Positions 28,964-38,465 of a stretch of DNA of 64,000 nucleotides are shown here, in pieces (within the stretch, counting starts at the first letter, position 1; the number at the start of each line of letters is the position of its first letter). The DNA is taken from assembly GCA_963745835.1 (NCBI GenBank), contig CAVUZH010000019.1:96001-160000 (forward strand), in the 5' to 3' direction. The notes under the pieces are model-generated. The model was not told where the DNA came from. It was given only the letters and a program-made list of their open reading frames with translations, and searched no databases. This DNA is from an uncultured delta proteobacterium (GTDB lineage Bacteria; Desulfobacterota; Binatia; UBA9968). The position numbers and the translations under genes were made by a program.

Positions 28964-29503
28964 ATGTCTCCGCTGATGAGAAGAGAGTTCCCTGTAATAT
29001 GGGCAAGGATCAGCACTTGGTTTGCTACACCTCTAGTCATCGTAGTCGCAACAGTTTACTTGCATGATTTCATTAGTAAGCCCGCGTCAGAGATATACGG
29101 ATTCGCATTGGCCGCGGTTGGAATTACGGCTGCATTATCCTCAATCTGTCTTTCCACAACCGGTCCAATCGGAAGAGCCACGACTCTGCCACTCCTAAGA
29201 TGGGCTGGCGAGCACTTCCTGCACTCCTGTCTCCTTCTGATCCAGGTACTCATCATAGCGTTCGCCCGGGACACTATACTCGCGTGGGAGTCGGTGACGA
29301 ATTATGGCTGGCTGAAGGTCGCAGTCATAGCGCTCGCCAATACAGCGGGCCTTTTCCTGGGGGGTAACGCAGCATGGGTTTGGTACTGGGCATTCGACGA
29401 GCTGAACAAAGAGTTATGGGTGAACTGGCGCGAGCGGATCGAGCAAATCAACAGTCAGCGGACAACTGAGAAGGCAAAAGCAGTTACAGATCGGAAGGAT
29501 TAG
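28964..29503 (+). CDS. Hypothetical membrane protein (about 4 TM)
   Basis: Open frame with four hydrophobic segments; start uncertain. Confidence 0.6.
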   Translation: MSPLMRREFPVIWARISTWFATPLVIVVATVYLHDFISKPASEIYGFALAAVGITAALSSICLSTTGPIGRATTLPLLRWAGEHFLHSCLLLIQVLIIAFARDTILAWESVTNYGWLKVAVIALANTAGLFLGGNAAWVWYWAFDELNKELWVNWRERIEQINSQRTTEKAKAVTDRKD

Positions 29504-29598
29504 AGCCTCCATTCCTGTTCAGTATACCGCATTGACACTCCTGTGGCCGTGGGTTCGATTACCCGAATGACGACGCAATTCGGGCTAATGGGCCGCCG

Positions 29599-29790
29599 TT
29601 AGCGATAACCCATCGCCGCCAAGAACTGTTTCAACGAGGAAAATTTCAGGGTAGGGGTTGGTTTTCTTCTGCTCGCCCATACTGGCGTACTTGAGTGGTG
29701 CGTAATTGTGTCCCGGAAAAAGAATCATGTCGTCGGGCAGCGCCATCAACTTCTGCGTCAGGCTGTAATACATCTGCTCGGATTGCCGCC
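29599..29790 (-). pseudogene. Diverged duplicate of the 3' end of the MBL hydrolase gene (32887-33078)
   Basis: Encodes QMYYSLTQKLMALPDDMILFPGHNYAPLK...NPY/LKFSSLKQFLAAMGYR* with small indels; aligns by eye to the intact gene end. Confidence 0.92.
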
Positions 29791-30510
29791 AGTGGGATCA
29801 TTGCGCTAGACAACAATCTACGCTTTCATTTAATCAGCCCAGCATTAGCGCGCACCGGCCTAAGCGATTTATTCTATACGTTCGATGTGTTCATTTATCG
29901 AGGACGCCGCCTCATTCTCGTAGCGCTGGAAACTAGACGTGAACTGCTTAGCGATATAGCTGCAGAGTTAAAGAGTCACACTCCTCTGGTCGGCTCGTCC
30001 GATACACTTGATCCGACGCCAGCCGAAATGATTTCCTTAGTTAAAGCGTTCGAGATGATGGCGTCATCGCAAAGCGGCGCGACTCCTGTTACGAGATCGG
30101 AGGCGTACCGGCGGGTGCTCAAGTACAAGGTCAACAAGCGCACATGCGTTCGGTGATTGGGCGCCACAGGCCTGACAACCTGCTAGATGCGTTGATCGTC
30201 GGCTATCATGAAGGCGGAAGTTCCCTGGCTGCGAGCAAGGCGCGCAATGGGTTTGTACTATATACCGTATACCGTTCGTGATGTAGAGCAAGCTGAAGGC
30301 TCAGAGACCACTGTTTGCCCTTGTTGCTAACCTGCCCGAGAGACAGCGCACGCCCATGTGGGAGAAAATGAAAAATTGCGTATGGCTCAACCCGCGGCTA
30401 GGTCGCACAGATCGTGTTCGCGGAGTTTACGCCTGATGGGCATCTACAGCACTCAAAGTTCTGCGGATTTGAGGGACGATAAAAACTCTCGAAGCCTGGT
30501 GCAGGAAAAT
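29791..30510 (+). pseudogene. ATP-dependent DNA ligase (LigD/LigC-like) remnant
   Basis: Across frames: GIIALD, FYTFDVFIYRG, DGVIAKRRDSCYE, KYKVNK, DALIVGYH, KARNGFV, ANLPE, MKNCVWLNP, VAQIVFAEFTPDGHLQHSKFCG, LRDDK. Confidence 0.88.
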
Positions 30511-30568
30511 TATCATAACTAAGGAATGAACATCACGAACGGTAATCATGCCCTGCACTGACTGACCT

Positions 30569-30802
30569 CTAAACCTCCTCCAGGTAAGCGCGATTTCGTT
30601 TGATAGCGCCGTAGAGGTCACCGAATCGAGCGAACTTGAATCTCTTGCCGTCTTTCCTACGGAACAAGAGATATACGCTGCTACCACCGCAAAGCTTCCC
30701 GTCGTCATCATACATATCGAACTCCTCTTCAAGTTCCTTAGACTCCACCTCAAGCACTCTATGAGCAGGAATCTCTAACCAGTTCACTGGCGGCAGTTCC
30801 AA
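30569..30802 (-). CDS. Small hypothetical protein
   Basis: 77-aa ORF with protein-like composition; start uncertain. Confidence 0.4.
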   Translation of the reverse strand: MELPPVNWLEIPAHRVLEVESKELEEEFDMYDDDGKLCGGSSVYLLFRRKDGKRFKFARFGDLYGAIKRNRAYLEEV

Positions 30803-30896
30803 TAGCCGTTTGGTTCAAACGCTGGCTGCGTTGGCTGTTTAGATGACGAGTTAGTTAACAATTATGCAGTGGCTGATTTTGAGCGAGGCACCAGAC

Positions 30897-31115
30897 TTAC
30901 AAGAGCACCCACGGCAGAAGCAGAGTGGTAAATAGTAAAAAGAGTAACAGAACCACCATGCAAAGATCTTCGAGTGATGCGTCAGCTAACTTATTAACCC
31001 GCAGAGCTGACCTCAGTAAGCGCTGATATAAGGAGCTAACGTTCGCTACCTCGATGTGATCCACGATATACCGGTGCCTTCGTGGGGCAAAAGGCTCCTT
31101 GATGATTCTGGACAT
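30897..31115 (-). CDS. Small protein with C-terminal TM helix
   Basis: AGGAG RBS before MSRIIKEP; ends MVVLLLFLLFTTLLLPWVLL. Confidence 0.55.
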   Translation of the reverse strand: MSRIIKEPFAPRRHRYIVDHIEVANVSSLYQRLLRSALRVNKLADASLEDLCMVVLLLFLLFTTLLLPWVLL

Positions 31116-31526
31116 GCGTTTTACTCCTATGAACACCTGGAAGATTCTCGAAGACTGAGCACATCTATCCTCAGATAGATCCATCAAAGCATGGAGCATG
31201 CCCGGTGCGGTTGTTTATGTTTGTCCAACTGCCTTCCGTCTCTTGACTAAAACCGGTGACAAGTAAACCCGATGCCTGAGATGGCTTCGGGGTAAACAGG
31301 CAAAGTTGCCGTCGAGCATGCCGGGACAGAACTCCCGCACATGCTCCGAATGTCTGCAGAGTTATCGGCTGTCCGATCAACAGTGAGGGCCCAACGCTTG
31401 CTCTCTCGCCTATCAGCCGGGAAACGAAGAAGCGCAACTTGTTACGATACCCACAGATTTTCTTCGTTCCCCACGTCATTCTCTCTATTTCAGTAGGTTG
31501 ATGATGATTCAGATAAAGGTGGGCGA

Positions 31527-31904
31527 ATGAAAATCTTAATCGTAGAAGACAACCCGGATATGCGCGACCTAATAGCTCTCAGAGTACAGCTAACCGGCTA
31601 TACTCCGCTTCTCGCAAGTCACGGTAAGGAGGGCATAGAGAAGGCTACCGCAGAGAAGCCTGACTTGATCCTAATGGACATGATGATGCCAGTGATGGAC
31701 GGGTGGGAAGCGGCAAGAACGCTTCGCGCCTCTCGCGAGACGAAGGAGATCCCGATACTGGCAGTGACGGCGCTGTTTCGTTCTGAGGATCTCAAGTCGT
31801 GTTTGGACTCGGGCTGCACCGCCTACATCGTCAAACCGTTCACAGGTTTGGATTTACAGCGCAAAATCCGAGAATTGTTAGATCCAAAGGAAATCCCAGC
31901 CTAA
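31527..31904 (+). CDS. Single-domain response regulator (CheY/DivK-like)
   Basis: KILIVEDN, PDLILMDMMMPVMDG, IPILAVTA, YIVKPF. Confidence 0.95.
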   Translation: MKILIVEDNPDMRDLIALRVQLTGYTPLLASHGKEGIEKATAEKPDLILMDMMMPVMDGWEAARTLRASRETKEIPILAVTALFRSEDLKSCLDSGCTAYIVKPFTGLDLQRKIRELLDPKEIPA

Positions 31905-32078
31905 AAACGAGCGCGGCAGTTTGCCCAATATCGCGCGGCTATCGCAAAGTAGTTGGCCCTGTTTTTAGCGACACTGATCTTGATTGCCCGCCGAACTGCC
32001 GCCGCCGCTTGGCTGTGCCCTTGAAGAGGAAAAATCTGTGAAATCAACCGCATTGGAGCGAGATCATCGGAGAGCTAT

Positions 32079-32201
32079 ATGATCAAGCCCGGTAAATTCT
32101 GGTCGAACTATGCCGAAGACATATTATTTATTTCATTACTAATGATCGGTATTTTGGCGGTTTATTTGTTTGCTGCCTACTTCATCATTGCCGTGCTGTA
32201 G
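32079..32201 (+). CDS. 40-aa single-TM peptide
   Basis: Below ORF track cutoff; GGAGAG RBS; MIKPGKFWSNYAEDILFISLLMIGILAVYLFAAYFIIAVL. Confidence 0.55.
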   Translation: MIKPGKFWSNYAEDILFISLLMIGILAVYLFAAYFIIAVL

Positions 32202-32290
32202 TTAAGGTCGGATGTGAAATGTATTTGACGCCATTTGTGCTGCTACGTGAGCTTCAGCAGATTGTATCATTATGGATCACTGGACATCGT

Positions 32291-32470
32291 ATGATCGAAT
32301 ATGTCGCAGCAGCTGCTATCATTATCGCCCTACTTCTTCTGATTCGACGGCGCAAAAAGCTTTGCGTTCGGTGCGCAGCGCGAATCAACAAGTCTGCCGA
32401 TGCATGTCCTCGTTGTGGTGTGCCGCATCCGTTCACATTCGATAATCTTCAATCACCAAAGCACCGTTGA
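32291..32470 (+). CDS. Small membrane-anchored zinc-ribbon protein
   Basis: N-terminal TM, RRRKK, then CVRC-x10-CPRC. Confidence 0.6.
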   Translation: MIEYVAAAAIIIALLLLIRRRKKLCVRCAARINKSADACPRCGVPHPFTFDNLQSPKHR

Positions 32471-32886
32471 TTCGTAGGCCCGAGGCGTTGGATTTGTGCC
32501 GTATGATCAGACTTGATCAGATACTCGTCGAGCCTTGTTCTCGTTCTAATCACTTCCACTACTAGTGGCTGTAGCCCAACCGATCTACGGATGGAAGATA
32601 AAACGGACAGTGGTATTTTTCCGACGTTGTACCCGCTGGAATTACCGCGAAGAAGATCGTCGACGCTACGTTAATGCCGGAGTTCTTACCAGCAACTCCG
32701 CAGCCTGATCAAACCGGTCCATCGTATTGGCGGATGGAGCTTGGAGATCAATTGAACTTAATGGGTGCATGTTCCAGTGCCGCCCGCGGGTGCAAATCAA
32801 GACACTGCCCCAGGATTGATAGTCCTGTACGTTCGAAATCAGGCGGTTTACAAAAGTCAGATCACAATCCGGCTAACGGCCGGCCT

Positions 32887-33561
32887 TCAAGAATACCCCA
32901 TCGCTGCCAGGAACTGTTTCAACGAGGAGAATTTCAGGTAGGGATTGGTCCTTTTCTGCTCGCCCATGGTGGCGTGCTTAAGTGGCGCGTAATTGTGGCC
33001 GGGGAACAGAATCATGTTATCGGGCAACGCCAACAACTTTTGAGTCAAGCTGTAATACATCTGCTCAGGATTGCCGCCGGGAAAATCGACTCGGCCGCAT
33101 GCGTCGATGAAAAGCGTGTCTCCTGAAACGACTCGGTCATCCACCAGAAAGCACTGCGAGCCCGGCGTATGACCGGGCGTGTGCAGCAACTTAATTTCCA
33201 GGCCGCCCACATCCACTTTGTCGTCATTGTCGGTCTTGATCATATCCGAGGAAGACAGCCCCTTGATGAACTCCGCTTCCGCCTTGTGCACGACGACTTT
33301 GGCTTTACACTTGTCGAGCAACTCCGTCGCACCTGCTATCTCCATGCCGGCAAATCCACCACCAACGTGATCGGGATGGGTGTGGGTCACAAGAGCATGC
33401 GTAATTTCCATCTCGTCCTGCGCCGCAATCCGGAGAATTTCATCGATGTCCCAGGCCGCATCAACCACCACTGCCTTGCGGGTTTCCGTCGAGCCGATGA
33501 GATAAACGTAATTGTGCATCGGGCCGATTTCGATCTGTTTGAAATAAAGTGAAGGGTTCAT
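32887..33561 (-). CDS. MBL-fold metallo-hydrolase (glyoxalase II / persulfide dioxygenase-like)
   Basis: THTHPDH, HTPGHT, SGDTLF, GRVDFPGG, PGHNY. Confidence 0.93.
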   Translation of the reverse strand: MNPSLYFKQIEIGPMHNYVYLIGSTETRKAVVVDAAWDIDEILRIAAQDEMEITHALVTHTHPDHVGGGFAGMEIAGATELLDKCKAKVVVHKAEAEFIKGLSSSDMIKTDNDDKVDVGGLEIKLLHTPGHTPGSQCFLVDDRVVSGDTLFIDACGRVDFPGGNPEQMYYSLTQKLLALPDNMILFPGHNYAPLKHATMGEQKRTNPYLKFSSLKQFLAAMGYS

Positions 33562-33640
33562 CGTGACGAGAGAAGAATTACCTCGTGCTTCAGCTTCTGC
33601 AATTTTCTATTTCTCCACCGCCGGCAGCAAGCGTCGTACT

Positions 33641-33670
33641 TGTCTGATTTCGAGCGAAGCGAAAAATCTT
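33641..33670. repeat. REP-like remnant
   Basis: TGTCTGATTTCGAGCGAAGCGAAAAATCT resembles the GTCATTTCGAGCGAAGCGAGAAATCT REP class. Confidence 0.5.
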
Positions 33671-33685
33671 CCTTGAACCAGCTTA

Positions 33686-34127
33686 TCAGCTGAACCTTTG
33701 CCGAAAGCGACTGATAACTCACGCCCGCGCCGTTATCGTCGCTGACCGGAAGCCCGGAACTCGCCCAGCCCGGCGCGCTGACTTTTCCGCTCGGATCCCG
33801 CATGCCGCCGAAGCCGCCCAGCAAGTTAGCAACATCTTGAAAGCCGGCCTGTTGCAGCATATTAGCCGCCGATGTGGAGCGCGGCCCTGCTTGGCAACCG
33901 AGGATGATCTTTTTCTCGCGTGGAAAATTCGCTTCCACGACTCTAACGAAGTCGCTGTTCACCATCATGCCCCGCGCCGGGTCGGGAAAAGCCACCGGGA
34001 TGTTCACCGCTCCCTTCGGATGGCCGTTGGCAAACTCGGCTTCGGTACGCACGTCGATGTAAACAGCGCTCGAGTCATTAGTGAGAATATCCTGAGCCTG
34101 CTGCGGCGTGACTTCTTTGATCGCCAT
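33686..34127 (-). CDS. Rhodanese-domain sulfurtransferase (true end probably near 33686)
   Basis: IDVRTEAEF..GH..GAVNIP, catalytic CQAGPRS, GGF..W. TGATAA lies one base out of frame right after the domain; as written the ORF reads on to 33558. Confidence 0.88.
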
Positions 34128-34227
34128 GAAACACCTCGCTAGAGTGCTGGAATACTAGAATGCTGGAGGACGTAGGTGAGTCGGAGCAAACGTCCATTGC
34201 GCATCATCCATTCACCCAATTTACCTG

Positions 34228-34998
34228 CTACTTCCCCATGATACTGTAGCCGGCATCCACATGCAGCACTTCACCGGTGATAGCGCTTCCCCATTGACTG
34301 CAAAGAAATAGCGCTGTTTTGCCGACTTCTGTGGCATCGATGTTCCTCTTCAAAGGCGCTCGCTCACTGACGTGATGAAGCATCTCTTTAAAATCGGCAA
34401 TGCCTGAAGCAGCAAGGGTTCTAATTGGTCCGGCGGAAATCGCATTGACCCGAATCCCTTTGGGCCCGAGATCATGAGCTAGATATCTCACGCTGGCCTC
34501 GAGCGCCGCCTTCGCCACTCCCATTACATTATAGTTGGGAATGACCTTCTCAGAACCCATGTAGGTCAAGGTCAGCATCGACCCACCCGTTCGCTCCATT
34601 AGCGGCGCCGCGTGGCGCGCCAGCGCGACCATGGAATAAGCGCTCACGTCCATAGCTAAGTGAAACCCGTGCCGGCTGGTTTGAACATACGGGTTGGCCA
34701 AGTCTTCTTTATTGGCGAAGGCGATGGCGTGGATCATGATATCCAGCCCGCCCCATTCTTGTTTGAGTCTCGTAAAAACCTTCTCGATTTCTTCGTCTTT
34801 GGTCACGTCACAGGGCAAGATGATCCTCGATCCGATGCCCTCGGCCAACGGTCGCACCCGTTTCTCCAAGATCTCGCCGGCGAAAGTGAACGCCAGCTCT
34901 GCACCTTCCGTGTGGAGCGCTTCCGAAATCGCCCATGCGATACTCCGGTCATTCGCCACTCCGAAGATTGCCGCTTTCTTACCATCCAAAAGACCCAT
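34228..34998 (-). CDS. fabI: Enoyl-ACP reductase
   Basis: [32 protein letters not shown]. Confidence 0.96.
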   Translation of the reverse strand: MGLLDGKKAAIFGVANDRSIAWAISEALHTEGAELAFTFAGEILEKRVRPLAEGIGSRIILPCDVTKDEEIEKVFTRLKQEWGGLDIMIHAIAFANKEDLANPYVQTSRHGFHLAMDVSAYSMVALARHAAPLMERTGGSMLTLTYMGSEKVIPNYNVMGVAKAALEASVRYLAHDLGPKGIRVNAISAGPIRTLAASGIADFKEMLHHVSERAPLKRNIDATEVGKTALFLCSQWGSAITGEVLHVDAGYSIMGK

Positions 34999-35173
34999 CA
35001 AATTCTCCCCTCCCGCAGTCCGGTTTTAATTTTTCAACTTCATGACTCCGGATCAATATCCCTCAATTTGCCGCGTCACCGCGATTTCCTCGTCTTTTGC
35101 GATCCGTGATCCTGCAAGTTCTGGTAGGCCCTCGATAGAAAGATTTGGCAGTGACCGGCCGAAACAATCCAAA

Positions 35174-35782
35174 TCATTGGTCCTTTGCTTTGCTCCGGAG
35201 TCCCCTCTGCCACAGGTATTCTCTTTCTCCCGTCTCCTTGCTGATCCAGCGTGACAGGACAAAGAACAGATCGCTCAGGCGATTGACGTACTTCAGCGGC
35301 CATTCGCTGATCGTCTCCTCGCGGGACAAGCGCAGAATCTCTCGTTCCGCTCGCCGGCATACGGTCCGGCATTGATGCAGATAGGCGCCAACACGCCCGC
35401 CGCCGGGAAGAATGAAAGACTCGAGCGGCTGAAGATTCTCCTGGCACTTGTCGATGAGCTTTTCGATGTTTTTTATTTCAGTTTGGGAAATGCGAAACAT
35501 CCCTTGCTGAAAACATTCAGGCGGGGTAGCTAATTCGCTGCCCAGATCGAACAGCTCATCTTGAATTTTGCAGAGCACCTCGTCCAAGAAATGGTGCGCC
35601 TCACCGGCCTCGAGGTTTTCCTCATTGAACACGCGCGCTAACCCGATAATCGAATTCAATTCGTCGATCGTGCCGTAAGCATCGATACGCGGCGAATCCT
35701 TAGGCACGCGTTTGCCACCGACGAGGCTAGTTTCTCCTCGATCGCCGGTCCTGGTGTAAACTCTAGTGATACGGATTGCCAT
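35174..35782 (-). CDS. ATP:cob(I)alamin adenosyltransferase, PduO type
   Basis: YTRTGDRGET, YGTIDELNS, RTVCRRAER, NRLSD. Confidence 0.94.
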   Translation of the reverse strand: MAIRITRVYTRTGDRGETSLVGGKRVPKDSPRIDAYGTIDELNSIIGLARVFNEENLEAGEAHHFLDEVLCKIQDELFDLGSELATPPECFQQGMFRISQTEIKNIEKLIDKCQENLQPLESFILPGGGRVGAYLHQCRTVCRRAEREILRLSREETISEWPLKYVNRLSDLFFVLSRWISKETGEREYLWQRGLRSKAKDQ

Positions 35783-35828
35783 TGGCGGATAGTTCTCGTT
35801 GTTGCAGAACTAGCGGCTGGGAGTTCTA

Positions 35829-37232
35829 TTAAGATCTTGAAGCGAAACTCGGCTTTTGCTCCGGACCCAGAGTCGTCCAAACATAATATATCGGGATGCC
35901 GATGGCGACGATGACTACCCCCACGAGTGACTCGAACGGTTTCTCTTTCACCGAACCCCAGACAATCCATAGATGTATCAGGACAAACAGAAGCGGCACG
36001 AGCGGGTAGCCCCAGACCTTGTAAGGACGCTTGAGCTCCGGTCTTTTGTAGCGAAGCACGATCACAGAACCCACCGTGAATGCCGAGAACAAGGTGATGA
36101 CCACGCTCACATAGGTAAACAAGGTTCCCCAGGTATTGGTCAATATTAACAAACAAGCCCAAGTTGCCTGGAGGATGATCGCGCTGGCGGGAGTGCCAAA
36201 CCGAGGGTGAATGCGGCTCAGGCTCTTAAACAGAACTCCGTCCTGCGCCATCGCATAGTAAATCCGCGGCCCGATCATCGTCACGACGTTTAGCGCCCCG
36301 AGAATGGATATCGTGATGATCGCGGTGATTAGAGCCGAGGTCTGGTAACCGAACAATGCCGTGGTCGCCACTTCCGATACGCGTAGCGCGCCTTTCATCT
36401 CGGTAACGGGCACGGCGTAGATATAGACGGCGTTGATAGCCAAGTAGAGCCCGATTACAATCAGCACCCCGCATAGCAAAGCGCGCGGCAAGTTTCGCTC
36501 CGGATCTTTCACTTCGCCTGCGATATAAGTAACGGCGTTCCAGCCCGAATAGGCGAAGATTACCGGTATGAAGGCAGCAGCGAATACGCTGAAGCTAACT
36601 TTTTGCCAATCAAAAAGCGGAACAAAATGGGAGCTGTCGCCTTTGCCAAAGAGAATGCCGAAAACAATAATTGCCAAGAGCGCGCCGATTTTTAGAATCG
36701 TCAGAATATTTTGGACCATCGTCCCTTGCCGCACCCCGAGACAATGCAGCCCCGACAAAATCAGTACGACGACAATCGCAAATAGTGTCCCCGCTGTGGC
36801 AGTGATCGGCAACCAAGGTATTGCCACTGAGAATATAATCGTTTCGGAACGCAGCACCGGAAAGAAAAAAGCCATAAACCCGTTTAAGCTCACCGCGAGA
36901 AATGCGATTGCACCTGAGAACGTCACCAGGAACGAGGACCACCCGGAGAGAAAGCCCATCAATTTGCCGTAGGCCTCGCGGATATAGATGTAGTCGCCGC
37001 CGGCAAACGGCAAACTCGCTGAAAGCTCAGCGAAGGTAAGCGCCCCGGTGAGAGCTAGCAGCCCGCCGAGCAACCACACTAGCAGCACGCCGCCGGGCGA
37101 TGGCAGTGTCTCGGCGATGACGCCCGTTGAGATGAAGATGCCGGTGCCGATCATATCGCCGGCAATCAACATCACCGCGCTAAACAAACCTATTTGTCGC
37201 TTCAACTCTTGTTGCGCCATAGCGATACCCAT
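35829..37232 (-). CDS. APC family amino acid permease
   Basis: IGTGIF, GGDYIY, FAYSGW, GEVKDPERNLP, RPYKVWGYP. Confidence 0.93.
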   Translation of the reverse strand: MGIAMAQQELKRQIGLFSAVMLIAGDMIGTGIFISTGVIAETLPSPGGVLLVWLLGGLLALTGALTFAELSASLPFAGGDYIYIREAYGKLMGFLSGWSSFLVTFSGAIAFLAVSLNGFMAFFFPVLRSETIIFSVAIPWLPITATAGTLFAIVVVLILSGLHCLGVRQGTMVQNILTILKIGALLAIIVFGILFGKGDSSHFVPLFDWQKVSFSVFAAAFIPVIFAYSGWNAVTYIAGEVKDPERNLPRALLCGVLIVIGLYLAINAVYIYAVPVTEMKGALRVSEVATTALFGYQTSALITAIITISILGALNVVTMIGPRIYYAMAQDGVLFKSLSRIHPRFGTPASAIILQATWACLLILTNTWGTLFTYVSVVITLFSAFTVGSVIVLRYKRPELKRPYKVWGYPLVPLLFVLIHLWIVWGSVKEKPFESLVGVVIVAIGIPIYYVWTTLGPEQKPSFASRS

Positions 37233-37522
37233 AACAGGGAAGCGGCCAAGATCGCAACTGATTTAGCCCTTGGACGTCATCGGAATCTGTTGTTTGAACT
37301 GCATGCACTATCCTAGCAGAATCGCCGCGCTCGAAACCGTGTTCATGTTCATCCGGATTCTCTATCGCCTGTTACGGATGAGCACTAAGTTCCGCCTGCC
37401 TCTGAATCTTTTGACCAGCCTGCATTCAGAGTTTTCCAGCAAACTGCTAACCTTGATCCTATAAGTAGTCGCCGATTACTAGTTCGTGGTTAAAAATTCC
37501 CTAGCCAATCAGTGAGGAGAGA

Positions 37523-38191
37523 ATGAAGGCAATAATAAGTCTTTTGGCAATGCTCGCATTGCCGTTGTCAGCACCGGCTCAGGATGCGCTCAAGCACGAT
37601 CATCAGCAGATGCACCAACTTCACCGCGACTCGAGAGCCTACATTGGTATGCTCGATGATCCTAAACGCGATGCCTATCAAAAGCCGCACGAAGTTTTGA
37701 CGGCTCTGGCCATCGAGCCAGGCGAGGTGATCGCCGATATCGGCGCAGGCTCCGGTTATTTTACCTTTCGCCTGGCGCATCACGTGGGCGATAAAGGAAA
37801 GGTCTATGCGGTTGACATTAGCCCCGACATGATTCGGCACCTCAATCGGCGCATCCGGGAGCTCAAAGCCATGAACGTCACAGCTATTCTCGCGGATGCG
37901 GATGACCCGCTCCTGGCCGATGCTTCGATAGATCGCTTCTTCTTTTCGGATTCATGGCACCACATCGAGAATCAGTCGAAGTATCTTTCGCTGATCAAAA
38001 AGATGCTAAAACCCGGCGGCGAAATCATCATGATCGACTTCCATAAGAAAGAACTTCCCGTCGGTCCGCCGATGCAAATGAAGATTGCTCGCGAGGATCT
38101 TATCCGACAGATGGGAAGTAACGGCTTCCGGCATACGAAAGAGCATACGTTCTTGCCGTATCAATATTTTCTTGAGTTTGTGCCGAAGTAG
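37523..38191 (+). CDS. Class I SAM-dependent methyltransferase with signal peptide
   Basis: ADIGAGSG, VYAVDI, LKPGG; GAGGAG RBS; signal MKAIISLLAMLALPLSAPA. Confidence 0.88.
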   Translation: MKAIISLLAMLALPLSAPAQDALKHDHQQMHQLHRDSRAYIGMLDDPKRDAYQKPHEVLTALAIEPGEVIADIGAGSGYFTFRLAHHVGDKGKVYAVDISPDMIRHLNRRIRELKAMNVTAILADADDPLLADASIDRFFFSDSWHHIENQSKYLSLIKKMLKPGGEIIMIDFHKKELPVGPPMQMKIAREDLIRQMGSNGFRHTKEHTFLPYQYFLEFVPK

Positions 38192-38465
38192 AGGAGGAAG
38201 TTGCCGGACGAGGTCTCAGTAAACAGACGCACCACTATCTATCCCACCTCCTCTATCGGCCTGCAACGTCCGTTGATGTACGGCGAGCGTAAAGTTGAAC
38301 TGATACTCGCTGCCAGTCAGACTTTATCGCAGAAACCCAACCGTCTTTTCAATATTTGCCTATCGCTAAAAAAGGCTTGACACGTTTCATCAATTTCGGG
38401 ATAAGCTCACCTCGTTTAACGGCGGGGACAAATAATTGGGGTTTCAAACAGGAAGGAAGAGTCTT

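Larger units (their letters stand above)
29791..32886. mobile_element. Decayed integrated island bounded by the duplicated gene end
   Basis: Flanked by direct repeats of about 190 bp, visibly AT-richer, low coding density, pseudogene cargo; no integrase seen. Confidence 0.72.

Noticed and set aside
29695-30156. 153-aa ORF as an intact gene
   Set aside because: Chimera of the antisense MBL fragment and one frame of the ligase pseudogene
31260-31312. c-di-GMP-I riboswitch near the response regulator
   Set aside because: Only loose AAACC/GCAAAG similarity; no GNRA tetraloop with receptor or P1 pairing
32565-32582. tRNA 5'-like GTGGCTGTAGCCCAA
   Set aside because: No downstream arms; too short to exceed chance
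33558-33685. C-terminal extension of rhodanese
   Set aside because: Reads through a REP-like remnant; a tandem stop sits one base out of frame right after the domain
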